Virus record (IMG/VR): IMGVR_UViG_3300031702_000006 | Location: 1-57,627 of that record | DNA: 57,627 nt | Reading direction: 5' to 3' (one strand) | Source: a virus | Lineage: Duplodnaviria; Caudoviricetes | Part shown: piece after piece, positions 9,401 through 18,051 of the stretch | Layout of the letters: each line of letters begins with the position of its first letter | Numbering within the stretch: position 1 is the first letter of the stretch | Notes under the pieces: generated by a model | Databases searched by the model: none | Seen by the model: the letters and a program-made list of their open reading frames with translations, nothing else | Told to the model about the DNA's origin: nothing | Position numbers and translations under genes: made by a program

Positions 9401-12400
9401 TCTTTGTGGAATTTTAAAATACTTATAATTCCATCTATATCTCCTAGTTTTTTTATTTGATATAACTGATATTCATGTTGTGTTTTTCTAAATTTATTTA
9501 AAAATTTAGGATCATCAAAAGCACTTCCTGGGTTTATATCAATACCAAGTAAAGCTTTTAATGTTATAGCGCTTAAAGCTTGTTCTATCTGTTCGTTAGT
9601 CACTTCACCAAAATCACTCTCAGTTACAAGTTGTTTTTCTAGATCAACAATAAACTTTTTAGCAGGAGAAGTTAATTCTTTAGCATATTTACCTATAGTT
9701 TCGTCAGACACGCCAGTATCTTCAAGCACATCACTAAGTATTAAGCGCATACTCTTAACGCTGCGGTCGGAAGATACAAATCTCTGTATTATCTCACCTT
9801 GCTCTTGTTTAACTAAGTTAAGTTGTTTTTTAGTTAAATTAGATTTACTAAATTTTAAAGTAGGCTGTTCTTTTGCGGTTTGTTCTGGTTTGTACATTTC
9901 AAAACCAATCTCATCTACAACTCCATCTGATCCGTAATCAAACGTTTCCGCAGTCCAGCCTAATTCTTTAGATAGTTTATCTAATAGAACGTCATAAAGC
10001 TTAACTCTACTAGTTTCACTAGTTAAAGCATTAAAACGAACAGTAGCTATGTTTGGATTTGATTTTATTTCATCAATCACACCATTGTAAATAATACTCA
10101 CAGCTTTAAACTGATCTCCTTTACCTGTTAATTCTTGACTTCCATCTTGATCAAATTCTAATGAATAATCAGTAGGATCAGCATCTTGATCAGCTCCTAA
10201 GTCTCTAGCGTTTAATTGTACATTATATGTCTTATCGCCAATAGTAAAACTGGTATTACGATTCTCAGCTTCATCTATAGACCAATCTAAATCTTGTTTA
10301 GTACTTAGACTAAACTTTAAGGTAGGCGCTCTATCTATTTCTGATAATACTTTAGCTCTTTTAGCTGGTTCTATTTTACCTTCAGTAACTTCAGGAGCAG
10401 CATCTTTAACTAGAGTCTCAACTATTACAGATACTAAACCAGCTTTTCTTTTTTGAGTAAAAAACTTTTTAATTTGTTCTAATGTAGGAGTAGGTAGTTT
10501 TTCGTATACAAAAGCTCCAGACGTTAAGCTTTGATTTTTAGGCAATTTTCCTTGCTCTACAGCCTTTAATATTTCAGCTTTTTTAGTTAATCTTGGAAGT
10601 TGTTTAAAGAATATCTTATCTTCAACTTCTCGTTCTAATTTAACTAAATCTCTTTGAGAAAAATCTTTTAAAATATATTGAGAAGGATCTTTAGGGTTTA
10701 AATACTTATTTATAAATACATCGTCAATAGCTGTTTCTTTTCCTACAATTTTATAAATTTCTTTTTTTAGTCCACTTTCTCTTGCTTTTTTATTTACAAA
10801 AGCAACGAGCTTTTTATCAGGTAGATCTTTTTCTAATATTTCACTTGAAACTTTCTTAGCTAAGTCATATATTTTATCTCCTTGATTTATACCTAATTTT
10901 CCTCTAAGTTTAGACGTAGTTGATTTAATTTTAGTTTCGTCTATAGAAACTTCATCAGCAGCAATACCTTTAGCTTCAGTTACATCATCTGTAAATTCTT
11001 CACCTAGTATTCTTTTAGACGCTTCTATAGCTCTAGCTGGTAAAAACTTATTTATATAAGCAGCCAATGGAACACCAGACTCAGGTTTATATTCTTTAAT
11101 TAAATCTAATATACCACGTTTACCTGTTTCTACTTCGTCAGTAAGTAGCTGTCTGTCAAACCCTGGAGCTTGAGATCTTTTTTCTACTATTTTATTTGTT
11201 ATAGGTTTAAACTGCTCTATAATGTCAAAAGCAGCAGCTTCACCTTGTGTATCATATAGCTCTTGAACTTTAGTCGATGCTTCTTCAGATCTAGAATCTT
11301 TTATAATCTGTTCGTCTGTTTGAATTTTATCAGCAACTAATTTACCTTTAATTCCTTCAGCTGCTTTCACTTGAGCTTTAGTTAATCCTGTAGAGTCTAA
11401 GCTTTTATTATAATCTTTTATAAAATTATAAACATCTTTACCATTGTTAAACTTAACTTTAACTCCTAAAGCTTGAAGCGTTTTACGTATAACGTCACCA
11501 ATTTTAGTAAATACACCTTCATTAAACTTAATGTCTTCTGTTCTAATAGCATCAGAAAACAAAGTTAACACCTCTTCAGCTTGAACAGCTGATGGATCTG
11601 ATTTATACTGTTCTAGTCTTTTAGCAAAATTACTGTCTTTTACCTTGTTAGCATCTATGCTATTTATATATTCTTTTAAAGAATTACCTAAAGCTAATTG
11701 CGTTTCAGGACTATTACTAACGGTCTTAAACAGAAGTGCATGTAAAAACTCGTGAGTAGGCGCAGCTACAGCCATTTCTAAGTTAGCTATTTCTCTATTT
11801 ATGACTATTGTTTGTTTTCCTGTTTTTGAGTTTTGAATTATAAAACCTTGTTGACCAGACGCTTTTTTATCTTGCCCTTGTTCGTTTAAAAATGCTTCAG
11901 TTTCTTCAGTGCTAGCAAACTCCTGAACGTCTAAATCTTTAATGCTTTCAGCAGCTTTTTTAACTTTTTCAATTTCTTGGGTAACTGCTTTAGAACCAAC
12001 GTCTTTTAGACCTTTGTCTATTTCTTTTACTCTATCCGATTGCTCGATAGTTAAATTAGGCTCGCCAATTTGTTTTATTTCGTCTTTCAACTGTTTCTTT
12101 TCTTTCATCAATCGAACAGCTAAAGCTTGATCTTCTGTTGAAAGTCTTAAGGGTTTTATTTGGTTTGAAGCTCCTTGAGTAGTTATAAAATTTTTTTTAA
12201 TTTCATTACCTTGCTCTAATGTTATTTCTCCTTTTTTAACTTTTTTATCAACTTCATAATCAACTATTTCTTGACCATTTTTAAGAGAAGAAATAGCTAT
12301 TTGAGCTTCTTCTGTTGAAGCGTCAGCAGTGAAAGCGTCTGCAGCATTTTCATATTTAGTTTCTCTTATAGCATTTGAAGCAGCAACTTCATCTTGCAAA

Positions 12401-13749
12401 ACTCTAACGTTATTATAAAAGCTTTTTACACTAGTTGCTTTTCCATAAGGACCAATAATTCCTTCTTCAACGATATCTTTAACATCTAGTTCTTGACCAG
12501 AAGCTAACATACCAGATACTTCACCAGTCATACCAACTCCCATTTCAACTCCGCCTGAAGCAACGGCACTTCCTCCTACAGCTGCTATCTTAGTAGCTAG
12601 TCCTCCACCTCCTTTTTTCGCTAGGCTTTTCATTACTTTTTTACCTATTTTACCAGGTAAAAATGCAAGACCAGTTTCTATTGCCGCAACACCTAAACCT
12701 CTTGCGTTTGCTTTAGATATTAATTCATCTATAAAGTCTTCGTTGTCAAATTGCTTTATTATTTTATCTGTAGTAATTTCGCCTTTAATGTTTCCAATAA
12801 GATGTTCTGAAAAGAATAAGTTTTTTTCTAATTGCTTCATAGCACCAAAAGTAGCGCCTTTATATCCAAATCTAAGAAAACCACCAACACCACCTAAGCT
12901 TGAAACTATAGGGGCAGCTGGTCCAGTTAAGGTTCCAGCTAAAGCAGCTGTAGCTGCAGCTGTTCCTCCAGAAGCCAAACCATAACCTAAAGCTTCTTTT
13001 GCTACGCTTGGCACAACTATAGAACTCATTACTGTTGCCATAGATCCCATAGCCATAGGAAAACCAGCCTCTGGATTCATATACAAAGCCTTGGCTAATG
13101 CTACAAAATCATTATCACCTGTTTCTGAAAAAACTTTAAAAGAGTCGTTATAAGCTTTTACTGATTTTAACTCTTTATTATCTTTTATATTTGCATTAGC
13201 AATCATTAAAGCTTTAGCGCTTTCTTCGCTAACTCCTTCATCACTTTCAAATTCTTTCATTAAGTCAGAAGAAGCAATTTGCAAATCTATATTTTCAAGA
13301 CCCTCTAAGAAAGCTCTTGAAGATTGCTCCCATATGCTTTCATCTTTTTCACCATCAACGGTTTTACCTATAATATTCTCTACAGAAACATTTTCTTCAG
13401 ATTTATTCTCTAACTCCTCAAGTCTTTCTTTAGTGAAATTATCTTCTTTAGACATTTGCTTAGAGAACTTATTGTTCTGTAAGGATATTTTTTCATCTCT
13501 AGTTAAAGGAGTTTTGTATTTAGTTTCTTCTAATTCCAAAGAACCATCTTCCGATGGTGATTCCGTAATTTCGGACACTTCGGTTACATCCACAGACATG
13601 TCCTGATCTGTGGGAGTTGTCTTTCCCGCGTATTTATTTTTAAAATCATCTACAACAAATTGTATATCATCTTCAGACTCATTGTTAGAAATCATCTCTT
13701 GAACTATGCCATCTAACTGTTCTCTTTGTTCTTCTGAAAGTTCTGCCAT
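6463..13749 (-). CDS. giant internal virion / ejection polyvalent protein (zincin, sigma-2-like and His-Me-finger-like domains)
   Basis: 2428 aa; follows tail genes; Gly/Ala-rich hydrophobic N-terminal part, HEFLH motif, repeated LKFS linkers, helical C-terminus. Confidence 0.8.
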   Translation of the reverse strand: MAELSEEQREQLDGIVQEMISNNESEDDIQFVVDDFKNKYAGKTTPTDQDMSVDVTEVSEITESPSEDGSLELEETKYKTPLTRDEKISLQNNKFSKQMSKEDNFTKERLEELENKSEENVSVENIIGKTVDGEKDESIWEQSSRAFLEGLENIDLQIASSDLMKEFESDEGVSEESAKALMIANANIKDNKELKSVKAYNDSFKVFSETGDNDFVALAKALYMNPEAGFPMAMGSMATVMSSIVVPSVAKEALGYGLASGGTAAATAALAGTLTGPAAPIVSSLGGVGGFLRFGYKGATFGAMKQLEKNLFFSEHLIGNIKGEITTDKIIKQFDNEDFIDELISKANARGLGVAAIETGLAFLPGKIGKKVMKSLAKKGGGGLATKIAAVGGSAVASGGVEMGVGMTGEVSGMLASGQELDVKDIVEEGIIGPYGKATSVKSFYNNVRVLQDEVAASNAIRETKYENAADAFTADASTEEAQIAISSLKNGQEIVDYEVDKKVKKGEITLEQGNEIKKNFITTQGASNQIKPLRLSTEDQALAVRLMKEKKQLKDEIKQIGEPNLTIEQSDRVKEIDKGLKDVGSKAVTQEIEKVKKAAESIKDLDVQEFASTEETEAFLNEQGQDKKASGQQGFIIQNSKTGKQTIVINREIANLEMAVAAPTHEFLHALLFKTVSNSPETQLALGNSLKEYINSIDANKVKDSNFAKRLEQYKSDPSAVQAEEVLTLFSDAIRTEDIKFNEGVFTKIGDVIRKTLQALGVKVKFNNGKDVYNFIKDYNKSLDSTGLTKAQVKAAEGIKGKLVADKIQTDEQIIKDSRSEEASTKVQELYDTQGEAAAFDIIEQFKPITNKIVEKRSQAPGFDRQLLTDEVETGKRGILDLIKEYKPESGVPLAAYINKFLPARAIEASKRILGEEFTDDVTEAKGIAADEVSIDETKIKSTTSKLRGKLGINQGDKIYDLAKKVSSEILEKDLPDKKLVAFVNKKARESGLKKEIYKIVGKETAIDDVFINKYLNPKDPSQYILKDFSQRDLVKLEREVEDKIFFKQLPRLTKKAEILKAVEQGKLPKNQSLTSGAFVYEKLPTPTLEQIKKFFTQKRKAGLVSVIVETLVKDAAPEVTEGKIEPAKRAKVLSEIDRAPTLKFSLSTKQDLDWSIDEAENRNTSFTIGDKTYNVQLNARDLGADQDADPTDYSLEFDQDGSQELTGKGDQFKAVSIIYNGVIDEIKSNPNIATVRFNALTSETSRVKLYDVLLDKLSKELGWTAETFDYGSDGVVDEIGFEMYKPEQTAKEQPTLKFSKSNLTKKQLNLVKQEQGEIIQRFVSSDRSVKSMRLILSDVLEDTGVSDETIGKYAKELTSPAKKFIVDLEKQLVTESDFGEVTNEQIEQALSAITLKALLGIDINPGSAFDDPKFLNKFRKTQHEYQLYQIKKLGDIDGIISILKFHKDYHTSAGKIGDGRYQGYAGSLDWFKATNRALKNKDIIIKYRKTGTGVVPVNVLINGVKQFKNQAELKAKIKTFSQSNNLKRETVEAEYGDRKKEAGEGFDAMVDYLSFISSKGDKLQFGMALMALKSNMSALGKRVAYVKYFYNGKSDSATVFEHMLPSLYTLKEMVKHFYEGGVDLEVLKESQQVAMIPRDMDKRINIVHQASMPSWFKLGMSPLTRYFNALTKGYKNMFTLESIGGKDKGVVYGENYLALNNSVLKASKSNNNMLPSEFKLKGDFINNNVLSEMSEIDNDSQESELKFSKSLDLDKDFNDIIENKTGIASDKTYARVKAEVAGANKGRFNFFIPPSAEDFVGLLYSTLGKGDVGDAQMAWYKAHLLNPFARAMENLANDRVTLMEDFKGLKKALKIVPKNLRKKIKDSDFTKEQAVRVAIWNKQGMTVPGLSQKDQQELVDYVNNDADLTVFADQLIAMGKGDAYAAPDGGWVAGTIDTDFIKALNTVKRDKYLEVWQQNVDQIFSETNLNKLEAAYGKPYRESMENMLQRMSTGRNTNSGSDNLTARFTDWLTNSVGAIMFFNTRSAVLQTISAVNFINFSDNNVLKAGVAFANQPQYWSDFKKLFNSPFLLDRRSGLKLNVNEADIADMAKGPGNSARNVIAGILKAGFLPTQLADSFAIASGGASFYRNRIKALQKEGLTKTEAEDQAFRDFREIAEESQQSSRPDKISQQQAGPLGRVVLAFANTPAQYARLIKKAASDLKNGRGDAKTNISKIIYYGVAQNLLFSALQQALFALAFDDDEEDKKKDEKYFNIVNGMSDSILRGIGLGGAIVSVVKNTAIRLAKEADKKSPKYQDAVVKGVLQISPPISSKIGKLQSAGRSYSWNKQEMRAKGWAIDNPAYLANANVISALTNVPLDRAVKKITNIVDASNEETEYYKRIALALGWSAWELNIKKEKFKKSVKSTVKSRNRTRSKSRSKKTRN

Positions 13750-15287
13750 TAGTAATTGTATTTTTGTTGAAGTTCTTTTTTAGTATCTGTTCGTGTTTGG
13801 TTTCGAGTACTTGCTTTATTATCTTTAGATATCTTAGTTAATTCTTTTAATATTTTAGATTTTTCAGATGCAGTTCCTAATTTATCATCAAGTTCTTCTC
13901 TAAAAAATCTTTCTATGTCTGAAGGATTTGTTAAATCATATGTATAATTTGACACTTCACCTGACTTATTTACATAGTTAATAGTAAATCCTTTAGCCCC
14001 AGGACTTTCTGACATAGCAAAATCTTCTTCTTCAAAGTATCTACTTAAGAAGCTTTCTGTATCTCCAACTAAATCTTTTACCAATGTATTTACAACTTCT
14101 ATTGTTTTATTCTCTTTTTTATCTACCTTTTTCTCAATTTGCTTTATTCTAGAACCTAGTCTTTTTTTATAGTCTATAACAGTTTTTTGATCTACAATGT
14201 TATAATTAGGTAATTGTTTTCTACCATATTCTAAAACTTGTTTTCTAAAAATTTCAGCATCTTTTGGGGTTATATTGCCATCTAAAGCTCTTTCTAAAGG
14301 CTTTTCATTATTAGGTAATACTTCCATAAAAATCTTGTTAGCTTTATCTGGCCTTTCTAAATAATTATTAACTAAATTGTTTAATTGAGTTGTGGAGGTT
14401 GAGGCTATTAATGCTGAATTTGCAGGTGCTATTTCGGTTCGTCTAAAGCTCCCATCTTCGTCAACACTACCATCTTCAAATATAGTGTTCTCCATGTCTA
14501 AATACTCTTTACTGTATTCTCCGTTTTTTTGTAATATAGCAAAAGTTTTTCCATCTTCTCCTTGTCCAGAATCTGTTGAAAAAATTGAATCTACTTGTCC
14601 TTTTAAATCTGGAACCAAGCCTGGATCGTAAGACAAAGACTTTAAAGCGTCTACAGTTGTTGTTGAATCTCCAAACACACCTCCGGTGTATTGTAAATCC
14701 CAACCACTATTATCTGATCTTCTAACGTAATCTTCACTGCCTCCTCTACCCATACCGCCTCTAACATTCATTCTATTTATGAACTTACTAGTTTGTTCTC
14801 CAGTAATAGACATACCTCCTTGGTCTCCAGGCTTCTTCCATCCTTCTACTCCTTGATTGACCCTATCACCTACATAGGTCCTGTCAGCATCTCCACCTAT
14901 TTTTATTATTTTAACTAAATCAGTGTATAGTTTTTGAAGTTCAGACGCTTCGTTAAGAGCAGCTTGCTGTAATTCTTGTGTTTTTGCAGTTTTAATCTTA
15001 CTAGTAGCTTTAGCCATGTCGTTTATCAAATCTTTTCCAGCCTTAAAAAGACTTGGATTGTTCATTCCATTTGAATTAGCGGCTTTAGCAAACTCTTCTT
15101 GATTGTTTAAAATGTAATCAGCTTCTTGAGCAAATAGCTGTTGCATTCTTTTTTGCTCTGTATTTTTTTCTGCTTCTTTTTTTTCTTGCTTTTTTAGGTA
15201 TTGATTGCTCAATGTGTTTATAGCATTAGTCCATATTTTACCGGACTCTCTATCTATTACCGCTAATGGATTTTCGTATGTGCTCAT
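13749..15287 (-). CDS. putative internal virion / ejection protein
   Basis: 512 aa; lies between the small and giant ejection-like genes. Confidence 0.6.
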   Translation of the reverse strand: MSTYENPLAVIDRESGKIWTNAINTLSNQYLKKQEKKEAEKNTEQKRMQQLFAQEADYILNNQEEFAKAANSNGMNNPSLFKAGKDLINDMAKATSKIKTAKTQELQQAALNEASELQKLYTDLVKIIKIGGDADRTYVGDRVNQGVEGWKKPGDQGGMSITGEQTSKFINRMNVRGGMGRGGSEDYVRRSDNSGWDLQYTGGVFGDSTTTVDALKSLSYDPGLVPDLKGQVDSIFSTDSGQGEDGKTFAILQKNGEYSKEYLDMENTIFEDGSVDEDGSFRRTEIAPANSALIASTSTTQLNNLVNNYLERPDKANKIFMEVLPNNEKPLERALDGNITPKDAEIFRKQVLEYGRKQLPNYNIVDQKTVIDYKKRLGSRIKQIEKKVDKKENKTIEVVNTLVKDLVGDTESFLSRYFEEEDFAMSESPGAKGFTINYVNKSGEVSNYTYDLTNPSDIERFFREELDDKLGTASEKSKILKELTKISKDNKASTRNQTRTDTKKELQQKYNY

Positions 15288-15299
15288 TTATTTTTATTT

Positions 15300-16106
15300 T
15301 TAATTTCCTCCTTCGTCAGAAAATCTACTATAGTAATTTGTTGAATTTGTTGCATCAGTTGAAGTATTTTTAGGTTGAGGAACAGGAGTAGATTTGGTTT
15401 TATTATTCGATCCAAAGTCAATATTACCAAAGGCAGTTAAACCAGCAGCTACAGCAGAAGATTGTCTCTGTCTAGCAACCATTTGAGATTGCTGTTGCCC
15501 TGTTATCTGTGCTTGAAGTCTGTTTAATTCCTGCATATCTCTAGTTTCTTGTTCTCCATAAACAAACTCTTTACCTGAAACATCAGCTTGTTGAAGTCTT
15601 TGTGCTTCACCAAACGCAACACCTTGCTGTCTTTTAGCTTCATTCATTTTGTTGTTTATTAGATTTTCTTGGCCTTGAGCGCGTAATTGATTATTATTAA
15701 CTTCTTGTCTCTGTATGTCATTTGCAATACCTTTTTTACTCTCTAAAGCCATTCTAGCTAAAGCAGTTGCGCCCCCAGCGCTAGCCCCACTTGCTCTTAA
15801 AGTGTCTAATGTATTAGCTAATGCTATATCTGTTTCTTCTGCTTGCATTTCCGCTGCTCCAGTGGCAACGCCTAAAGAATCAAATGGGTTGCTAAGCATA
15901 GAACTTAAATCAGAAACCATGTCAGATAAATTAGTAACATCCGCGTAAGGATTTATTATTGGTTGTCTTTTTAAGTCTTTCATTTCTTTTTTCAAATCAG
16001 CTTCTCTAGCTGCCGCTTTGTTAGCTTGGCGCTCTGCGAATGCTAATTCTAGCCCTGTAACCGCAACCATTGCTCCGGCCTGTGCGTATCCACTTCCGTC
16101 TCCCAT
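15300..16106 (-). CDS. putative small ejection protein
   Basis: Ala/Gln/Gly-rich helical protein (GASAGGATALA); podovirus synteny. Confidence 0.65.
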   Translation of the reverse strand: MGDGSGYAQAGAMVAVTGLELAFAERQANKAAAREADLKKEMKDLKRQPIINPYADVTNLSDMVSDLSSMLSNPFDSLGVATGAAEMQAEETDIALANTLDTLRASGASAGGATALARMALESKKGIANDIQRQEVNNNQLRAQGQENLINNKMNEAKRQQGVAFGEAQRLQQADVSGKEFVYGEQETRDMQELNRLQAQITGQQQSQMVARQRQSSAVAAGLTAFGNIDFGSNNKTKSTPVPQPKNTSTDATNSTNYYSRFSDEGGN

Positions 16107-16112
16107 AATTCT

Positions 16113-16532
16113 TTATTTTAATATTTTTATATAATAATCTTCATCATATTGTTTAATGTCTACCCAGTTGTTTGATTTCAAAAAACTTTTATAATCTTCA
16201 GGATTAGCTGTAGTTATCAAAACCCCTATTTTTAATTTTTTACAATAAAAATCTACAGCCTCGTATAGAAAACTTAAACCACCTTTAGCATGAGTTTTAT
16301 CTTTATTAGCTAAAGGAAAAAGTGTAAATCCAATATGATCCGCTACAAATAAAGAAACACAAAAAACATCTACTCCATTCTCTTTTAGCACAAAAATATC
16401 ATATGGCATGACCACCCTTGGCCACGTTCCAAACTCTTGAGCTTTAGCCCATTTTTGCATTGTTTCAAAAAAATCAGTAGCATTGTCTAATCTTGCTTCC
16501 CATTTTTTTTCTTTATTTGTTTTTAATATCAT
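16113..16532 (-). CDS. hypothetical protein, possibly GNAT-fold assembly factor
   Basis: size and position between nozzle and ejection genes as for T7 gp13 / P22 gp14; weak sequence support. Confidence 0.45.
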   Translation of the reverse strand: MILKTNKEKKWEARLDNATDFFETMQKWAKAQEFGTWPRVVMPYDIFVLKENGVDVFCVSLFVADHIGFTLFPLANKDKTHAKGGLSFLYEAVDFYCKKLKIGVLITTANPEDYKSFLKSNNWVDIKQYDEDYYIKILK

Positions 16533-16547
16533 TTAATTTAATTTAAT

Positions 16548-18017
16548 TTAATATGACGACTCTACGTATTCAGATGATGCAGCGAATAATTCTTTCATGC
16601 CACCTACATCTGTAACAGAATCGGTTGACATTGTAACTGTTGCAAAATAACCTTTTATACCGGTCATATTTGCTCCAAATAATACTTCTCCAGCAGCTGC
16701 AATACTATTATTTGTTAAATTAGTCATATATTTATTCTCTTTTCGGTTAAATCCAGCATGATTTATTGGAGGAATTAATATTACTCCAGGACCAGATTCA
16801 TTGCCATAATCATCATAAGAACCTTGATTATAACTATATACAACAGGTGCTAAAGTGTTTCCGCTAGAATCAATAGATCCAACTATATCTTGATTACCTT
16901 CTGTATAAGCTAAGACATCTATAGGAGTTCCTTGACTAGCTACTCCTGTTGTATCAGAAACAAAATTATCAACTTGCCAACCATTTCCACCTTCGTAATT
17001 TAAAGTTTTAAAAACCTTAGACATACTTACCTTAGGATTAAATATAAATTTTATTTTAGAAGGACTAGAAACTCCATAAAAAACACCTCTAGTATTAGGA
17101 GCGGTACTGTATTGTTTATATAATATACCGTTATTCATAGTGTAAAATGAATTTCTAACGCTAACTCCACCAGAAGGTTTATATGTAAAAAAGCTAGGAA
17201 AACCGTTTACACTATCATCGAAAGCAACTGTAGAGTACAAACCGCTACTAGGCTGTAATGATAACACGTATTGTTTATTGTGAATATCCCACATACCTAA
17301 AGCTTTACCTGTAGAACTAACGGTTGTATCTAAAGCGCTTAGTTGATCTCTAAAGAAATCACTCATACCGTAATTAGAAATTTCAGTTATACCATCATTA
17401 GAAAGCCTTAAAACAACATTTCTATCTTTGTCTGTAAAGTATTTTCTAGTACCGTATATAGCAAAACTTTCTGGATTTCTACTTATACCGTAATTACCAC
17501 TATAAGGAGTTATAGCTCCTATGACTAAACTAGAAGAAGTGATAGAACCTCCACCTTCAGCTGAATATATAGCGTCTTTATCTATTAAAGCTCTACTTAC
17601 TTTGGATTCTTGAAATATAGTTAAATTAGTATTTTCAGCATGTAATTTCTGTATAGAACCTTTTGCTGGATTTAAGCTTTTAGTAATATCATCTCCAATA
17701 GAAAAAACATTAGTATTATTTACGCCTGTCCGCGAATTAAAAATACCAGAATATATAAGTGAACTTGTTCTGCTAATTGCATTAGGTTCGTCTTCTACTA
17801 AATAAGCTTTAGCGCCTAAACTTACAGATGTATTATTATAACCACCTCTAATTCTAGATTCTTCTACAGCCCAATTTAAAGGATTAACTTCGTTTTCTGC
17901 TTGAGGGTGAGTATTATCACCTCTAGAGCCGTTCCAGTAAGGTTCGCCATTGGCGCCTGTTGTGCTTGTCTTTCTTAGTATGAAGCTGTTAAAGTATTTT
18001 ACTTCTATTACACCCAT
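16548..18017 (-). CDS. tail stabilisation / nozzle protein, C-terminal-type subunit
   Basis: YGISRNPESFA, YFTDK, GITEISNYGM, KVFKTLNYEG motifs of crAss-like stabilisation proteins. Confidence 0.75.
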   Translation of the reverse strand: MGVIEVKYFNSFILRKTSTTGANGEPYWNGSRGDNTHPQAENEVNPLNWAVEESRIRGGYNNTSVSLGAKAYLVEDEPNAISRTSSLIYSGIFNSRTGVNNTNVFSIGDDITKSLNPAKGSIQKLHAENTNLTIFQESKVSRALIDKDAIYSAEGGGSITSSSLVIGAITPYSGNYGISRNPESFAIYGTRKYFTDKDRNVVLRLSNDGITEISNYGMSDFFRDQLSALDTTVSSTGKALGMWDIHNKQYVLSLQPSSGLYSTVAFDDSVNGFPSFFTYKPSGGVSVRNSFYTMNNGILYKQYSTAPNTRGVFYGVSSPSKIKFIFNPKVSMSKVFKTLNYEGGNGWQVDNFVSDTTGVASQGTPIDVLAYTEGNQDIVGSIDSSGNTLAPVVYSYNQGSYDDYGNESGPGVILIPPINHAGFNRKENKYMTNLTNNSIAAAGEVLFGANMTGIKGYFATVTMSTDSVTDVGGMKELFAASSEYVESSY

Positions 18018-18021
18018 AGTA

Positions 18022-18050
18022 TATTATTACTTGTTAATTTATTTAATTCC
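18022..18050 (-). promoter_or_regulatory. putative late promoter
   Basis: GGAAT-N15-GTAATAATA in a short intergenic gap. Confidence 0.55.
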
Positions 18051-18051
18051 A

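Noticed and set aside
6463-15287. crAss-like virion RNA polymerase
   Set aside because: No DxDxD catalytic motif seen in either large protein; a profile search would be needed to exclude it fully
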